64,000 nucleotides of DNA from an uncultured Actinomycetota bacterium. Its GTDB lineage: Bacteria > Actinomycetota > Actinomycetes > Propionibacteriales > Nocardioidaceae. The translations under genes and the position numbers were made by a program. Shown here piece by piece: positions 31,460 to 44,072 of this stretch. Numbering within the stretch: position 1 is the first letter of the stretch; the number at the start of each line of letters is the position of its first letter. Where the stretch lies: the NCBI GenBank assembly GCA_963769475.1, contig CAVYLX010000003.1:7097-71096 (forward strand), written 5' to 3'. Below the pieces are notes generated by a model. It had not been told where the DNA came from and searched no databases. It saw only the letters and a program-made list of their open reading frames with translations.

Positions 31460-33010
31460 CCACGTCGCGACGACGGAGCCGGCTGGCGCCCTTCGGTGCC
31501 CGGATCCTGGGTCCGAGCGACCAGACCGCCCGGGCGCTCCGGATCCGGGTGCAGCTGCTGCTGACCGCCATGCTCGTTTCGACCAACGTGATCGGCGCGG
31601 GCCTGGTCTTCGTCATCTCCTACTTCGCGATCCCCGCTCCGAAACCGACGACCGAGACCGTGGTCTCGTTGGCGATCGCCGTGCCGTCGTACGTCGCCTT
31701 CGCGGTGGCCGTCGGCGCTCTGTTCGGCACCCAGCAGACCCTGCGGGCGCTGCGCTGGGCAACGAGCGGCCGCGAACCCGACGAGAAGGAGCGGCAGCAG
31801 GCCCTCCGGGTGCCCTTCCGGCTGACCCAGATGCAGGCGCTGCTGTGGGTGGGCGGCACCGTCGTGTTCACCCTGCTCTCCGTCCTCATCCAACCCGAGC
31901 GGGCAGCCACGACCGGGCTGACGGTCGGCATCGCTGGGATGGTGGTTTCCGGGATCGCGTTCATGCTGACCGAGTTCGTACTGCGACCGATCTCGGCTCG
32001 GGCGCTGGCCGGGGCGCCGGTCACCGAGCGGCCGCGGGGAGCGGGCGTGGCCGACCGGATGGTGATCTTCTGGTGCCTCGGGACGGCTGCACCGATCGTC
32101 GGCCTGGTGATCGCGGCGATCCTCTCCCTCACCACGGGCGACACCTCCCGCACCCGGCTGGCTGTGATCTGCCTGGTGATCGGCGGCGTCGTCCTCGTCT
32201 TCGGGCTCTTCACCTCGGTGCTCAACGCGCGCGCCGTGGTCGCTCCGGTCCTGTCCGTGCACGACGCCCTCCTCGACGTCGAGCGTGGTGAGCTGGACCG
32301 TGAGGTCGTCGTCTACGACGGCACCGAGCTCGGCCTGCTCCAGTCGGGGTTCAACCGGATGGTGGCACGGGCTTCGCGAGCGCGAGCACCTGCGGGACCT
32401 CTTCGGACGACACGTCGGCAAGGACGTCGCGGAGGCGGCGTCGGCCGGGGAGATCGAGCTCGGCGGCGAGGCGCGCGTGGTCTCCGTGCTGTTCGTCGAC
32501 CTGGTCGGCTCCACCACGTTCGCAGCCGAGCGGTCACCGACCGAGGTCGTGGAGATGCTCAACCGGTTCTTCGCGATCGTGGTCGACGAGGTCGACCGCC
32601 GGCACGGACTGGTCAACAAGTTCATCGGCGACGCGGTGCTGGCGATCTTCGGTGCTCCGGTCGAGCTGCCCGACCACGCCGACGCGGCGCTCTCCGCGGC
32701 CCGGGTGATGGCGCAGCGCCTCGCAGAGGAGGTGCCCGACATCGCCGCCGGCATCGGGGTGGCCACCGGTGAGGTCGTCGCCGGCAACGTCGGCCATGCC
32801 AGCCGGTTCGAGTACACGGTGATCGGCGACGCGGTGAACGCCGCCGCCCGCCTGACCGAGCTCGCCAAGGACGTGCCCGGCCGGGTGCTCGTCGCCTGGG
32901 CCTCGGTCGAGGCGGCGTCTGATGACGAGGCGCAGCACTGGGACCGCCACGAGACCATCACCCTGCGCGGCCGAAGCGAGGAGACCGCGACCGCCGTGCC
33001 GGCCGGCTGA
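31456..33010 (+). pseudogene. Membrane-bound class III adenylate/guanylate cyclase (multi-TM, HAMP, cyclase domain), one frameshift near 32370
   Basis: GTG 31456 overlaps the gamma-CA stop (GTGA). TM/HAMP part in ORF 31174..32772 (...GELDREVVVYDGTELGLLQSGFNRMV). Catalytic part in ORF 32285..33010 (VSVLFVDLVGSTTFAAE...LVNKFIGDAVLAIFGAP...GNVGHASRFEYTVIGDAVNAAARL). Confidence 0.85.
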
Positions 33011-33114
33011 GGCGGGTCGTGCATCCCTGAGTGCGTCCGGGGCACCGGGTGCCGATGCAACTCGATGGCGCCTGCATAATTGCCTGCGTCAGTCAAGTAA
33101 ATTAGGCTGGTCGG

Positions 33115-33642
33115 ATGGCGCGACTCGAGAACCTGCTGGGAGCCTGGTCGCTGACGGTGACCGACCGGATGGCCGCCGTCGGCAGCGGCGGCCGGGCTCT
33201 CGGGCACCGACCAAGCCGCCCTGGTCACCCTGCACGCGCACCCTGACCGTCAGGTGTCCTGGCTGGGCGAGGTGCTCGGCCTGACGAGCTCCGGCGCGAC
33301 CCGGCTCGTCGACAGACTGGTGTCGTCGGGCTGGGTCGCCCGTTCGGCCGGCACCGACACTCGCCAGCGGCGGCTCCGGCTCACGCGTTCGGGCTCGGCC
33401 CTGGCGAGGAAGCTGGTGGAGGCCGCGCGGCTCGGTGCTCACCGATAGCCTCGCCGGTCTCGAGGCCGGCGACCGCCGCCGGCTGGAGCAGCTCCTGGAA
33501 CGCCTGGTCGGCGCATCGACCCCCGAGCACCTCCCCGCCATGCGCACCTGTCGACTCTGCGACCGGACCGCCTGCCGGTCAGCAGCGGCCGCCGTGCCCT
33601 CTCGACCACACCGTCCCGGAGGAGTCAGAGCGCCATGTCTGA
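33115..33642 (+). pseudogene. MarR family transcriptional regulator, about three frameshifts
   Basis: MARLENLLGAWSLTVTDRMAA..., ALVTLHAHPDRQVSWLGEVLGLTSSGATRLVDRLVSSGWVARSAGTDTRQRRLRLTRSGSALARKLVEAA, then VLTDSLAGLEAGDRRRLEQLLERLV...CRLCDRTAC...CPLDHTVPEESERHV-stop. Confidence 0.6.
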
Positions 33643-33650
33643 GGTCAGCC

Positions 33651-34849
33651 ATGCGTCCCTCGACCGCTGGCGTGCTGGTGCCCGGCACGGCGATGATCGC
33701 ACTCACCTTCGGCCTGGCCCGTTACGGCTACGGTCTCCTGCTGCCGGAGATGCGGGCCGATCTCGGCATGAGCGCCAGCGCCGCCGGCCTGGTCTCCTCG
33801 GCCACCTACGCCTCCTACATGGTCGCCAACGTGCTCGTCGTGCAGGTCGTCATCGCGATGGGGGTCGCGGGTCGCGGTCGGCGGTGCTGCCGGCTTCTTG
33901 CGACGGTCGGCATGGCGTACGATCGCCGTCGCCGACAGCGTGGTCGGTGCTCGCTGCCGGCGTGCTCGTGGCTGGCGCTGCCGCCGGACTTCGCCCTCCC
34001 GCCGTACGCCGACATCGTCGACCGGCAGGTCGAGGCGTCGCGGCGTGACTGGTGTGGTCGACGATCAGCTCCGGCACCGGGTGGGGGGTCGCGCTCGCCG
34101 GACCGATCGCGATCGTGGCCGGCGATCAGTGGCGGCTCGCGTGGGCCGGCTTCGTCGTCATCGCGGTGGTGACCGGCATCGTCGCGACCCGGCTCGCGCC
34201 CGCCACGCAGCGACGACTCGTTGCGTCGGCCGCAGCTGAGCCTGAGCTGGTTCTTCTGCCCGCAGGTCGCGGCCGCTGCTGATCTCGGCCGTGCTGGTCG
34301 GTGCCGGCAGTGCGGTCTGGTGGGCGTTCAGCGTCGACGCGATGCAGACGGCCGGGCTCGGCACCACACAGGCCCGCGTGGTCTATGCGGTCTGCGGCGC
34401 GGCGATGCTCCTCGGCTCGGCCAGCGGCCTCGCCTTCGCCCGCCTCGGGCTGCGGCGCGGCTACCTCGGCACGATCGTGCTCCTCGCTGCGTCGCTCGGC
34501 GCTGCTGGCCGTCGGCCACCGCCGACCTCGCCTGGGCGCTGGTGGCCGCGGTGCTGTTCGGGGCGTTCTACGCCTCGTCATCGCCGCCCACGGCATCTGG
34601 TCGGCCCGCGTCTTCGCCGGCCATCCCGCGGCCGGCCTCGCGGCGGTCAGCGCCGCGCTGACGATCGGCACCCTGGTCGGGCCGCCCCTCGCCGGTCTGG
34701 CGATCCAGCTCGACGGCCACGGGCTCGCCCTGGTCGGCGCGGCGGTCGCGACCGCGCGGCGCCTGCCGTTCTGCCCGCCCTCGGAGCGCCGCCGCCAGGT
34801 GCTGGCCGAGCACGCCGAGCACTGCGATGCGGCGCCGGTGCGGGCGTAA
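33651..34849 (+). pseudogene. MFS-type transporter (YbfB/YjiJ-like), many frameshifts
   Basis: MRPSTAGVLVPGTAMIALTFGLARYGYGLLLPEMRADLGMSASAAGLVSSATYASYMVANVLVV... Fragments continue in all three + frames (GTGWGVALAGPIAIVAGDQWRLAWAGFVVIAVV; LVGAGSAVWWAFSVDAMQTAGLG...; AALTIGTLVGPPLAGLAIQLDGHGLALVGAAV). Confidence 0.55.
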
Positions 34850-34950
34850 GACAACGGTCATCAGTCGTCCTTGTGGTCAAGGCCGCGGGCTGGAGGAACC
34901 TCGATCGCAGAGACTCGTTCGAGTCGTCCGGCCGAGACAGAGGAAACCCC

Positions 34951-35302
34951 ATGTCCGACAAGCAGAACATCGAATCCCCGCACGAGACCCGCCCGTTCCA
35001 GGACCACGGCCACATGGACGTGGTCACCCTCGGCGACTTCACTCTCGGCCGTGGCATGTTCGAGCCGGGCTGGCGCTGGTCCAACGACGTCAAGCCGATC
35101 GCCGGCACCGACTCCTGCCAGGTGCATCACACCGGCTTCTGCGTCTCCGGGCAGATGACCGTCCGGTTCGACAGCGGCGAGGAGATGCCATCGGCCCCGG
35201 CGACGTGGTGGTCATCGACCCCGGCCACGACGCCTGGACGAGGGCGACGAGGCGTGCGTGCTGCTGGACACCGGCGTGGCGGCGTACGCGAAGCCCAGCT
35301 GA
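34951..35302 (+). pseudogene. Cupin domain protein, two frameshifts
   Basis: MSDKQNIESPHETRPFQDHGHMDVVTLGDFTLGRGMFEPGWRWSNDVKPIAGTDSCQVHHTGFCVSGQMTVRFDSGEEM / IGPGDVVVIDPGHDAW / GDEACVLLDTGVAAYAKPS-stop (TGA 35300-35302). Confidence 0.6.
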
Positions 35303-35402
35303 GGGCCCGTCGCGCAGGCCCCATGCAACACGCTGTTGATGCCTCCACCACGCCGTTGCAGCGGCTGGATAGAGGGGTGGACGGCGTGTTACATGCGCGA
35401 GG

Positions 35403-36394
35403 TCAGCCCCGGCGGCGGCGCAGCTCGTCGTTGATCGCCGGCACGACCTCGTGCAGGTCGCCGATCACGGCGTAGTGCGCCTTGGTCACCATCGGCGCGT
35501 CGGCGTCGGTGTTGATCGCCAGGATCGTCTTCGCGCTCGAGCAGCCGGCCCAGTGCTGGATCGCGCCGCTGATGCCGCAGGGGATGTAGAGGTCGGGCGA
35601 GATCCGGCTGCCGGTCTGGCCGACCTGCTCGTGGTGCGGCCGCCAGCCGAGGCTGGTGACCACGCGGCGAGACGCCGAGCGAGCCGTCGAGCAGCTCGGT
35701 GAGCTCGAGCAGGTCGGCGAAGCCGTCGGCGCTGCCGGCGCCGCGGCCGGCGCCGACCACGACGCGGGCCGACTTGAGGCTGCCGGACAGGTCGGGCTCG
35801 GGCGGCTCGGCGGACACGACCCGGGCGACCAGGTCGGCCGCGGCGACCTCGGGCTGGGTCTCGACCAGCGTGGCCGGGCCGGGCGTCTCGGCCGGCGCGG
35901 CCTCGACGGCGTGGCCGGCGACGGTGAACACCGCCGGGCGCTCGTCGAGCACCATCTCCTCGAGCGCCGACGCCGCCGACGACCTGGCGGGTGACCGCGA
36001 ACGGCGACAGGCCCGTCGAACGACACGACGTTGGCGGCCATCGCGACGCCGGCGCGGGCGGCGAGGTGGGCCAGCACCTCGTTGCCGCGGGGCGTGCCGG
36101 CCGCGGTCACCACGACCGAGCCCGTCGGCTCGCGCACCGACTGCGACGGCGCTGGCCCAGGCCGCGCCGCCGTAGGCGTCGAAGCCGTCGCCGGTGGCGT
36201 GGTGCACCTCGCGGACGCCGTACGCCGCGAGCTGCTCGACCAGCGGTCGACCGCGCCGGCACGTCGCCGACGACGACGGCGTCGACGGGCACGCCGCCGC
36301 CGGCGGCCGACAGGCCGCGGGCGAACGTGAGCGTCTCGCGCGAGACCTCGACCGCGCCGCCGTCGGCGTCGGTCTCGACCAGCACCAGGATCAT
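35403..36394 (-). pseudogene. etfA: Electron transfer flavoprotein alpha subunit (FixB family), many frameshifts
   Basis: MILVLVETDADGGAVEVSRETLTFARGLSAAGGGVPVDAVVVG (ORF 36107..36472). C-terminus QVGQTGSRISPDLYIPCGISGAIQHWAGCSSAKTILAINTDADAPMVTKAHYAVIGDLHEVVPAINDELRRRRG (ORF 35403..37163). Confidence 0.8.
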
Positions 36395-37163
36395 CGGGCC
36401 AGCACCCCCAGCTTCTCGAAGAGGTCGACGACGGCGCGGCGCGGCCTCGGCGCCCTCGCCGAGGATCTGCACCTCGCTCGGCTGCGGCGGCGGCAGCGAG
36501 CAGCCGGACCCGCCTGGGCCCGGCCGGCTCCGCGGCCGGCGTGCGCTGCTCGATCTCGACCTTCTTGGCCTTCATCCGGCCGGGGATCGTCGGGTAGCGC
36601 GGCTCGACGCCGCCCTCGAGCACGGTGACGACCGCGGGCAGCGGCACCTCGTAGGTCTCGTGGCCGTCGGGGCCGTCGCCGCCGGCGACCACCGCGCCGT
36701 CCTCGACCGACGACCTGGCGACGCCGTTGACGACCGGCCGGCCGAGCTCGTAGGCCAGCCGGATGCCGACCTGGAAGTCGCCGGTGTCGGCGGCGTCGTT
36801 GCCGAGCAGCACCAGGTCGTGCGTCGCCGCGCCTCGTGGTCGCGGACCACGCGGCGATCTCGCGCGCGACGTCGGCCGGGCCGAAGCGCGACGGCGTCGG
36901 CCTCGACGTGGGTCGCCGCGGTGCAGCCGAGGGCCAGCGCGGTGCGCAGCTGCTCGACGGCGTCGGCGTCGCCCAGCGGTCAGCACGGTCGCCGTGCCCT
37001 CGGTCGCCGTGGCGACCTGCACGGCCAGCTCGACCGCGCACTCCTCGTGCGGGCTGACGGTGAAGCCGGCGAAGCGGCCGTCGACGGCCTGCCGTCGTCG
37101 GTCAGCACGACCTCGCCCGCCGAGTCCGGCGACCCGCTTGACGCAGACCAGCACGTTGGTCAT
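36391..37163 (-). pseudogene. etfB: Electron transfer flavoprotein beta subunit (FixA family), many frameshifts
   Basis: MTNVLVCVKRV...AVDGRFAGFTVSPHEECAVELAVQVATATEGTATVLT; LVLLGNDAADTGDFQVGIRLAYELGRPVVNGV; ends VDLFEKLGVLAR-stop, overlapping the etfA ATG (ATGA). Confidence 0.8.
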
Positions 37164-39685
37164 CGCGATCCGCTCGTTGGCCGGGTCGAACAGCGGCGGT
37201 CGCGTCGACCGAGCCGACGGTGACCGGGTAGAGCTCCTCCATGTAGGAGACGGCGAGCTCGTTGCCGATCACGGCCTGCTCGGGCGGCAGGTAGGCCAGC
37301 AGCACGTGCTTGCCCAGCGACGGCGCCGAGCCGGCGGTCGTGACGTAGGGGTGGTGGCCGTGCCCGTCGGTGAGGGTGCCGCCGTCGCGGGTCAGGATCG
37401 GCTCGCCGCCGAGCATGTAGCGCTTCACGCCGGACGCCGAGGTGTGGTCGTCGACGGTCAGCGTGCAGAGCACGGCCGTCGGGCGCCGCCTCGCGCTGCG
37501 CGAGGTAGGCCTCCTTGCCGACGAAGTCGGCGGCCTTCACCTTGGGCCGCTGCATGCCGGCCTCGACGATGGTGCGCTCGGCGTCGAGCTCGTAGCCGAA
37601 GGCGCGGTAGCCCTTCTCGATCCGGCCGGTCGTGCCGTAGACGCCGATGCCGACCGGGCACCGCGCCGTGCGGCGCGCCGGCGTCGAGCAGCGGCGTCCC
37701 AGACGCCGGCGGCGTCGGCCAACGGGACGTAGAGCTCCCAGCCGAGCTCGCCGACGTAGGAGATCCGCGAGGCGAGCACCGGTGAGTCGCCGCCGACCGG
37801 TGATCTCGCGGCAGGTGAGGAAGCCGAAGCCCTCGTCGGAGACGTCGTCGGCGGTGAGCGAGGCCAGGATGTCGCGGGCCCGCGGGCCCCACAGCCCGAT
37901 CGTGCGACACGTCGTCGGTGAGGTCGGTCAGCGTGGTCGCCGTCGTCCGGGCAGCTGGTCGGTGAACCACTTGCGGTCGGCCATGCCGTGCGCGCCGCCG
38001 GTGACCACGCGGAAGTGGTCGTCGCCGAGCCGCATCACGGTCAGGTCGGAGCGGAAGCCGCCGCTTGGCGTCGAGCACCGGCGTGTAGATGACCTTGCCG
38101 ACCGCGACGTCGCACTGCGCGACGCAGGTGCGCTGCACGGCGTCGAGGGCGCCCGGGCCGACGATGTCGAAGATCGCGAACGCCGTCAGGTCGATGACGC
38201 CGGCCGCCTCGCGCATCCGCAGGTGCTCGGCGTTGATGATCGGGCTCCACCAGCGCGAGTCCCACTCGTGCTCGCGCGGCATCACGGCGTCGCCGTACTC
38301 CTCGAGCAGGCCGGCGTTGGACTCGTACCACTGCGGCCGCTCCCAGCCGGCGGTCTCGAAGAAGACCGCGCCGAGCTTCTTCTGCGAGTCGTGCATCGGC
38401 GAGAGCCGCTGGTCGCGGTCGGACTCGTACTGCTCGGCCGGGTGGACGATGCCGTAGGTCTTGATGAACGACTCGGTGGTGCGCAGCCGGGTGTGCTCGC
38501 GGCGCATCTGGTGCGGGTGGAAGCGCGCGATGTCGCTGTGGTGGACGTCGATCTCGGGGTGGCCGTGGGTCATCCACTCGGCGACCGCGCGGCCGACGCC
38601 GGGGCCCTCCTTGATCCAGACCGCGGCCGCGGTCCAGAGGCCCTTGACCTGGCTCTCGCCGAGGATCGGGGCGCCGTCGCAGGTCAGCGACAGCAGGCCG
38701 TTGATGGCGTAGCGGATCTCCGCGCCCTCGGCGCCGAGCAGCTCGGGCATCAGCTCGTAGGCCTGCTCGAGCTGCGGGTCGAAGTCGTCGGAGGTGAACG
38801 GCATCTCGGTCGGCGACAGCTTGGCCTGCTCGATCGAGGGGATCTCCTCGGGCTCGTGCAGGATCGCGCGGTGGGCGTAGGAGCCGACCTCCATGTCGGC
38901 GCCGTGCTGGCGCTCGTAGCAGAACGTGTCCATGTCGCGGACGATCGGGAAGCGAGATCTCGCCCTCGCGCTCGGCCAGCTGCGGGCACGGGCCGACGCT
39001 GATCATCTGGTGCACGGCGGGGGTCAGCGGGATGCTGCACGCCGGCCATGTCGCCGATCTTCGGGCTCCACACGCCGCAGGCGATGACGACGTGCTCGGC
39101 CTCGATGTCGCCGCCGTCGGTGCGCACCCGGCGTGATGCCGGCCCGTCCTCGACGTCGAGGCCGATGACCTCGACGGTCGGCACGACGGTCAGCGCGCCG
39201 GTCTCCAGCGCGCGCTCGCGCATGATCGTGCCGGCGCGCAGCGAGTCGACGACGCCGACGCCGGGCGTCCAGAACGCGCCGATGATCTGGTCGGGGTCGA
39301 GGAACGGCACCTTCTCCTGCACGAACTCCGGGGTGACCAGCTCGGCCTCGATGCCCCAGGCCTTGGCCGCTGGACATCCGGCGGCGCAGCTCCTCCATCC
39401 GCTCCTCGGTGCGGGCGACCTCGAAGCCGCCGGACTCGGTGAAGACGCCCATCTCCTTGTACTGCCGACCGAGTCGAGCGTCAGGTCGGTGATCTCGCGG
39501 GAGTGGTCGACCGGGAAGATGAAGTTCGAGGCGTGGCCGGTCGAGCCGCCCGGGTTGGGCAGCGCGCCCTTGTCGATCTGCACGATGTCGCGCCAGCCCA
39601 GCCGGGCCAGGTGGTGGACGAGGCTGTTGCCGACGATGCCGGCGCCGATGACGACGACGCGGGCGGTGGCGGGGACCGTGGCCAT
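37160..39685 (-). pseudogene. Dimethylglycine/sarcosine oxidase-dehydrogenase-like enzyme (FAD-dependent oxidoreductase fused to a GcvT aminomethyltransferase/folate-binding domain), many frameshifts; 3' end approximate
   Basis: MATVPATARVVVIGAGIVGNSLVHHLARLGWRDIVQIDKGALPNPGGSTGHASNFIFP (ORF 38750..39757). Central part in ORF 37458..38933 (GLWTAAAVWIKEGPGVGRAVAEWMTHGHPEIDVHHSDIARF...RMREAAGVIDLTAFAIFDIVGPGA). Tail LAYLPPEQAVIGNELAVSYMEELYPVTVGSVDAT. AGGAG precedes the ATG. Confidence 0.8.
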
Positions 39686-39699
39686 GGGCGGCTCCTCCG

Positions 39700-39755
39700 G
39701 TTGCGTATGACGCAACGTGTTGCGTAATGCGCAACAGAGTCGCGTCATGCGAGAC
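39700..39755. promoter_or_regulatory. Three tandem palindromic operator-like sites about 19-20 bp apart, immediately upstream of the DMG-oxidase-like gene
   Basis: GTTGCGTATGACGCAAC (39700-39716, perfect 7-3-7), GTTGCGTAATGCGCAAC (39719-39735, perfect 6-5-6), GTCGCGTCATGCGAGAC (39739-39755, one arm mismatch). Confidence 0.65.
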
Positions 39756-39791
39756 AACTCTCAGCATCGACGCCGCGCCCGACCGGGTCTG

Positions 39792-40833
39792 TCAACCCAC
39801 GGCCGGGCGCGCGGCGAGTGAGTCGTCGAGCTCGCGCGGATCGCTGGACGAGCTCAGCTCGAGCCAGGCCTCGACCTTGTCGGGGTTGGCCTCGATCCAC
39901 TTCTTCGCGGCGTCGTCGGGGTCCATCCCGTCCTCGGCGATGTACTGCGAGACGAGGTTCTGGTCCTCGTTGGTCCACGTTGAAGTTCTTCACCAGGTCC
40001 ACCGCCGGCGAGCCGGAGTCGGCGAACTTCGTCGAGATCAGCTTGTTCAGCGTGGTACGGCGGGTAGTCGCACGCGACCTTGGCGGCGTCGGCGTCGCAG
40101 CCCTCGTCGGTGTACTTGCGGCAGGATCGACCTCTGACCAGCGTCGATCTCTGATGAAGAACCACTGCGGCTCGTAGAAGTAGGCCAGCAGCGGCGTCTT
40201 GTTCTTCTCCGCCCTGCGGAAGCTCTGGATGCAGCGCCGCCTCGCTGCCGCCGGCGACGACCTGGTAGTCGAGCTTGAGGTTCTTCACCAGGGCCTCGTC
40301 GTTGGTGACGTAGGACGGGTCGCCGTCGAGCAGCTGGCCCTTGCCGCCGGACTCGGAGGTCTTGAACATGTCGGCGTACTTGTTGAGGTTCTTCCAGTCG
40401 GTGATGTCCGGGTACTTCTCGGCCATCCACGGCGGGACGAACCAGCCGATGATGCCGTCACCGCCGGTCGGGCCGGCGTCCTCGACCGTCCCCTGCTCGT
40501 CGATGTACTTCTTCACGAGGTCGTCGTGGCCCCAGTTCTCGACGATGGTGTCGATGGTGCCGTTGGCCATGCCCTGCCAGCCGACCTCCTCCTTGACTCC
40601 GGGTAGGTCACGTTGCAGCCGAGCTCGGTCTTGGCGACGTAGCCGATGACGTGGGCGTTGGCGACGTAGCCCGTCCACGGGTTGACCGCGATGTTCAGGT
40701 CGCCGCAGTCCTCGCCGCCCGCCGGCTGCGGCTCGTCCTTGATGTCCTCGATGCCGCCGCCGCAGGCGGCCAGCACGAGCGCGCCACCGACGGCGGCGAC
40801 GCCGAGCCAGCCGCGAGTGCGTGTCGTCGTCAT
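39792..40833 (-). pseudogene. Glycine betaine/choline ABC transporter substrate-binding lipoprotein (OpuAC/ProX-like), several frameshifts; 3' end uncertain
   Basis: MTTTRTRGWLGVAAVGGALVLAACGGG (lipobox). NIAVNPWTGYVANAHVIGYVAKTELGCNV; WQGMANGTIDTIVENWGHDDLVKKYIDEQG...GIIGWFVPPWMAEKYPDITDW; tail AAKKWIEANPDKVEAWLEL. Confidence 0.75.
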
Positions 40834-41907
40834 CTCGTGCCATGCCTCTTCGCTGTTCGTCGCTCCGCGTCTCGATCGCGCGAGTCGTGCTTGGGCTCGT
40901 CAGGTCGCCGGCCGTAGCGCGCGGCGGCGTACCGCGCGATCCGGTCGAGCATGACCCCGAGCGCCGTGATGGCGATGCCGGCGGCGAGTCCCTTGCCGAA
41001 CAGCTGGTCTGCGAGAAGCCCGAGACGACGACGTAGCCGAGGCTGCCCGCGCCGACCAGGCCGCCGATGACGACCATCGACAGCACGTAGAGCAGGCCCT
41101 GGTTGGTCGCGAGCACCAGCGCCTCGCGCGACATCGGCAGCTGCACCTTGCGTGATCATCTGCCAGCGGGTGCTGCCGCTGGAGCGGGCGGCCTCGACGG
41201 TCGTCGGCGAGACCCCGCGGATCCGTCGGCGACCAGCTTGGTCGCGATCGGTACGGCGTAGGCGATCGCCGCGACGATCGCGGTGAACCGGGTGGCACCG
41301 AACAGCGCGAGCGCCGGCACCAGGTAGACGAAGGGCGGGATCGTCTGGAAGGTGTCCAGCACCGGCCGGATCGACCGTGTCGGCCCTTCGGCTGCGGCCC
41401 ATGCTGACGCCCAGGACGACGGCGATGACCATCACCATCACGGTCGCGACCAGCGTCATCGTCAGCGTGACCATCGTGTCGTGCCAGAGGCCGGTGCCGA
41501 AGATCACCGCCTCGCAGACCGCGGATCACGGCCGGACGCCAGCCGCCGAGCACGAAGGCGATCGCCGAGCAGCACCAGCGCCATCAGCCAGCACGGGTGA
41601 CTCGTCGAGCAGGGACTGAAGCGGGTTGAGGAGCCGTAGGTGACGACGTCCTTGACCCGTTGGTGAAGGTGTCGACGGCGTCCACGAACCACTCGGTGAA
41701 GTCGTTGACCGCCTTGGCCAGGTCAGGGCCGATGTTCGCGCCGTCCGGGAACTCGCCAGGCCCAGGTGCTGCGTGACAGGTAGACGCGACGGCACCGGGA
41801 CACCAGCGGTCACCGGAGCAGCAACCGCCGGCGGTCGCCGGCGGACGCTGGCCCCTCCGGCTGTCCTCGCTGGCCCACCGCGGCAGCTGCTCGAGCATCA
41901 TGGTCAT
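40830..41907 (-). pseudogene. Betaine-type ABC transporter permease (second of two), heavily frameshifted; 5' boundary approximate
   Basis: Fragments FPDGANIGPDLAKAVNDFTEWFVDAVDTFTNG, LLNPLQSLLDESP, MIFGTGLWHDTMVTLTMTLVATVMVMVIAVVLGVSMGRSRRADTV, LAAGIAITALGVMLDRIARYAA. The stop overlaps the SBP ATG (ATGA at 40830-40833). Confidence 0.6.
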
Positions 41908-42998
41908 CAGCACCACACCGGGGCCGCCGACCGACGCGACGCCGATTGTTCCGCGCTCCGCCCGCTCGCTGGCCGCCGTCGTCGTGCGGTCCAGCATGAT
42001 CGCGATGAGCACGATCGCGAGGCCGGCACCGTCGCGCGCGCCGACGTCGAGGCTCTGCAGGGCCCGACGACCGGCTTGCCGAGGCCGGGGCTGTTGACAA
42101 CGCCGCGATGGTGGCCATCGACAGCGCCGCCATCGTGCACTGGTTGATGCCGACGACGATGGTGCGCCGGGCCATCGGGAGCTGCACCTGGCGGAGCAGC
42201 TGGCCGCCTCGTGACGCCCAGCGAGCCGGCGGCCTCGATCGTGGCCGCGACCGACCGGATGCCGTGCTCGGTGATCCGCACCAGCGGTGGCAGCGAGTAG
42301 ATCAGCGTGCAGCACGGCCGCGGCGGCGGCGCCGATGCCGAACACCAGGGCGAGCGGGGCGAGGTAGGCGAACGGCGGGCATCGTCTGCATCAGGTCGAG
42401 CACCGGGGTGACCACGTTGGACACCGCCTTGCGGCGGGCCATCGCGATCCCGACCGGGAGCCCGATCACGACGGAGAACACCACCGGCGATGATGGTGAT
42501 GATCAGCGGTGTCGATGGAGTCATCCCAGAGCCCGAGGACGCCGAAGGCAGCAACGTGCGATGACCAGGAGGCGCGACCGGAGCCCGGCCACCGCGTAGG
42601 TGATCCAGGCGGAGAAGCGCGACCACGCCGAGCCAGCCGATCTCGGGCACCGGACGGGGGAAGCGCCGGGATGCGATCAGCTGTTGGAGCTGGTCCACGA
42701 CCCAGTTGAGGAAGTCGCGGAACCTGGCCGATCAAGCCGTCGAAGAACCAGTTGCCCTGGACTGTCGACCTGACGTCGTCGCGGAGGTCGTTGAGCCACT
42801 CGTGGAGGTCGGTCTGGTCCTGGAGGCCGAGCGCGAGCGTGTCCTTACCCTTGAGCGAAGCCCAGCCGACGACCCAGACCGACCACGACGCCCAGGAGCG
42901 GGCCGGTGTGCCGCTTCTTGGCCGGCTCGACGTGGGGCTGCTCCTCCTTGTGCGGCGGCGCGCTGCCGGGCGGGCGGACGACGGCAAGGTCGGGTCGG

Positions 42999-43002
<4 letters not shown>
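41904..43002 (-). pseudogene. Betaine-type ABC transporter permease (first of two, long N-terminal extension), heavily frameshifted; 3' boundary approximate
   Basis: GTG 43002 overlaps the ATPase stop (GTGA). [13 protein letters not shown]..., [116 protein letters not shown]. Confidence 0.6.
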
Positions 43003-44068
<1,066 letters not shown>

Positions 44069-44072
<4 letters not shown>

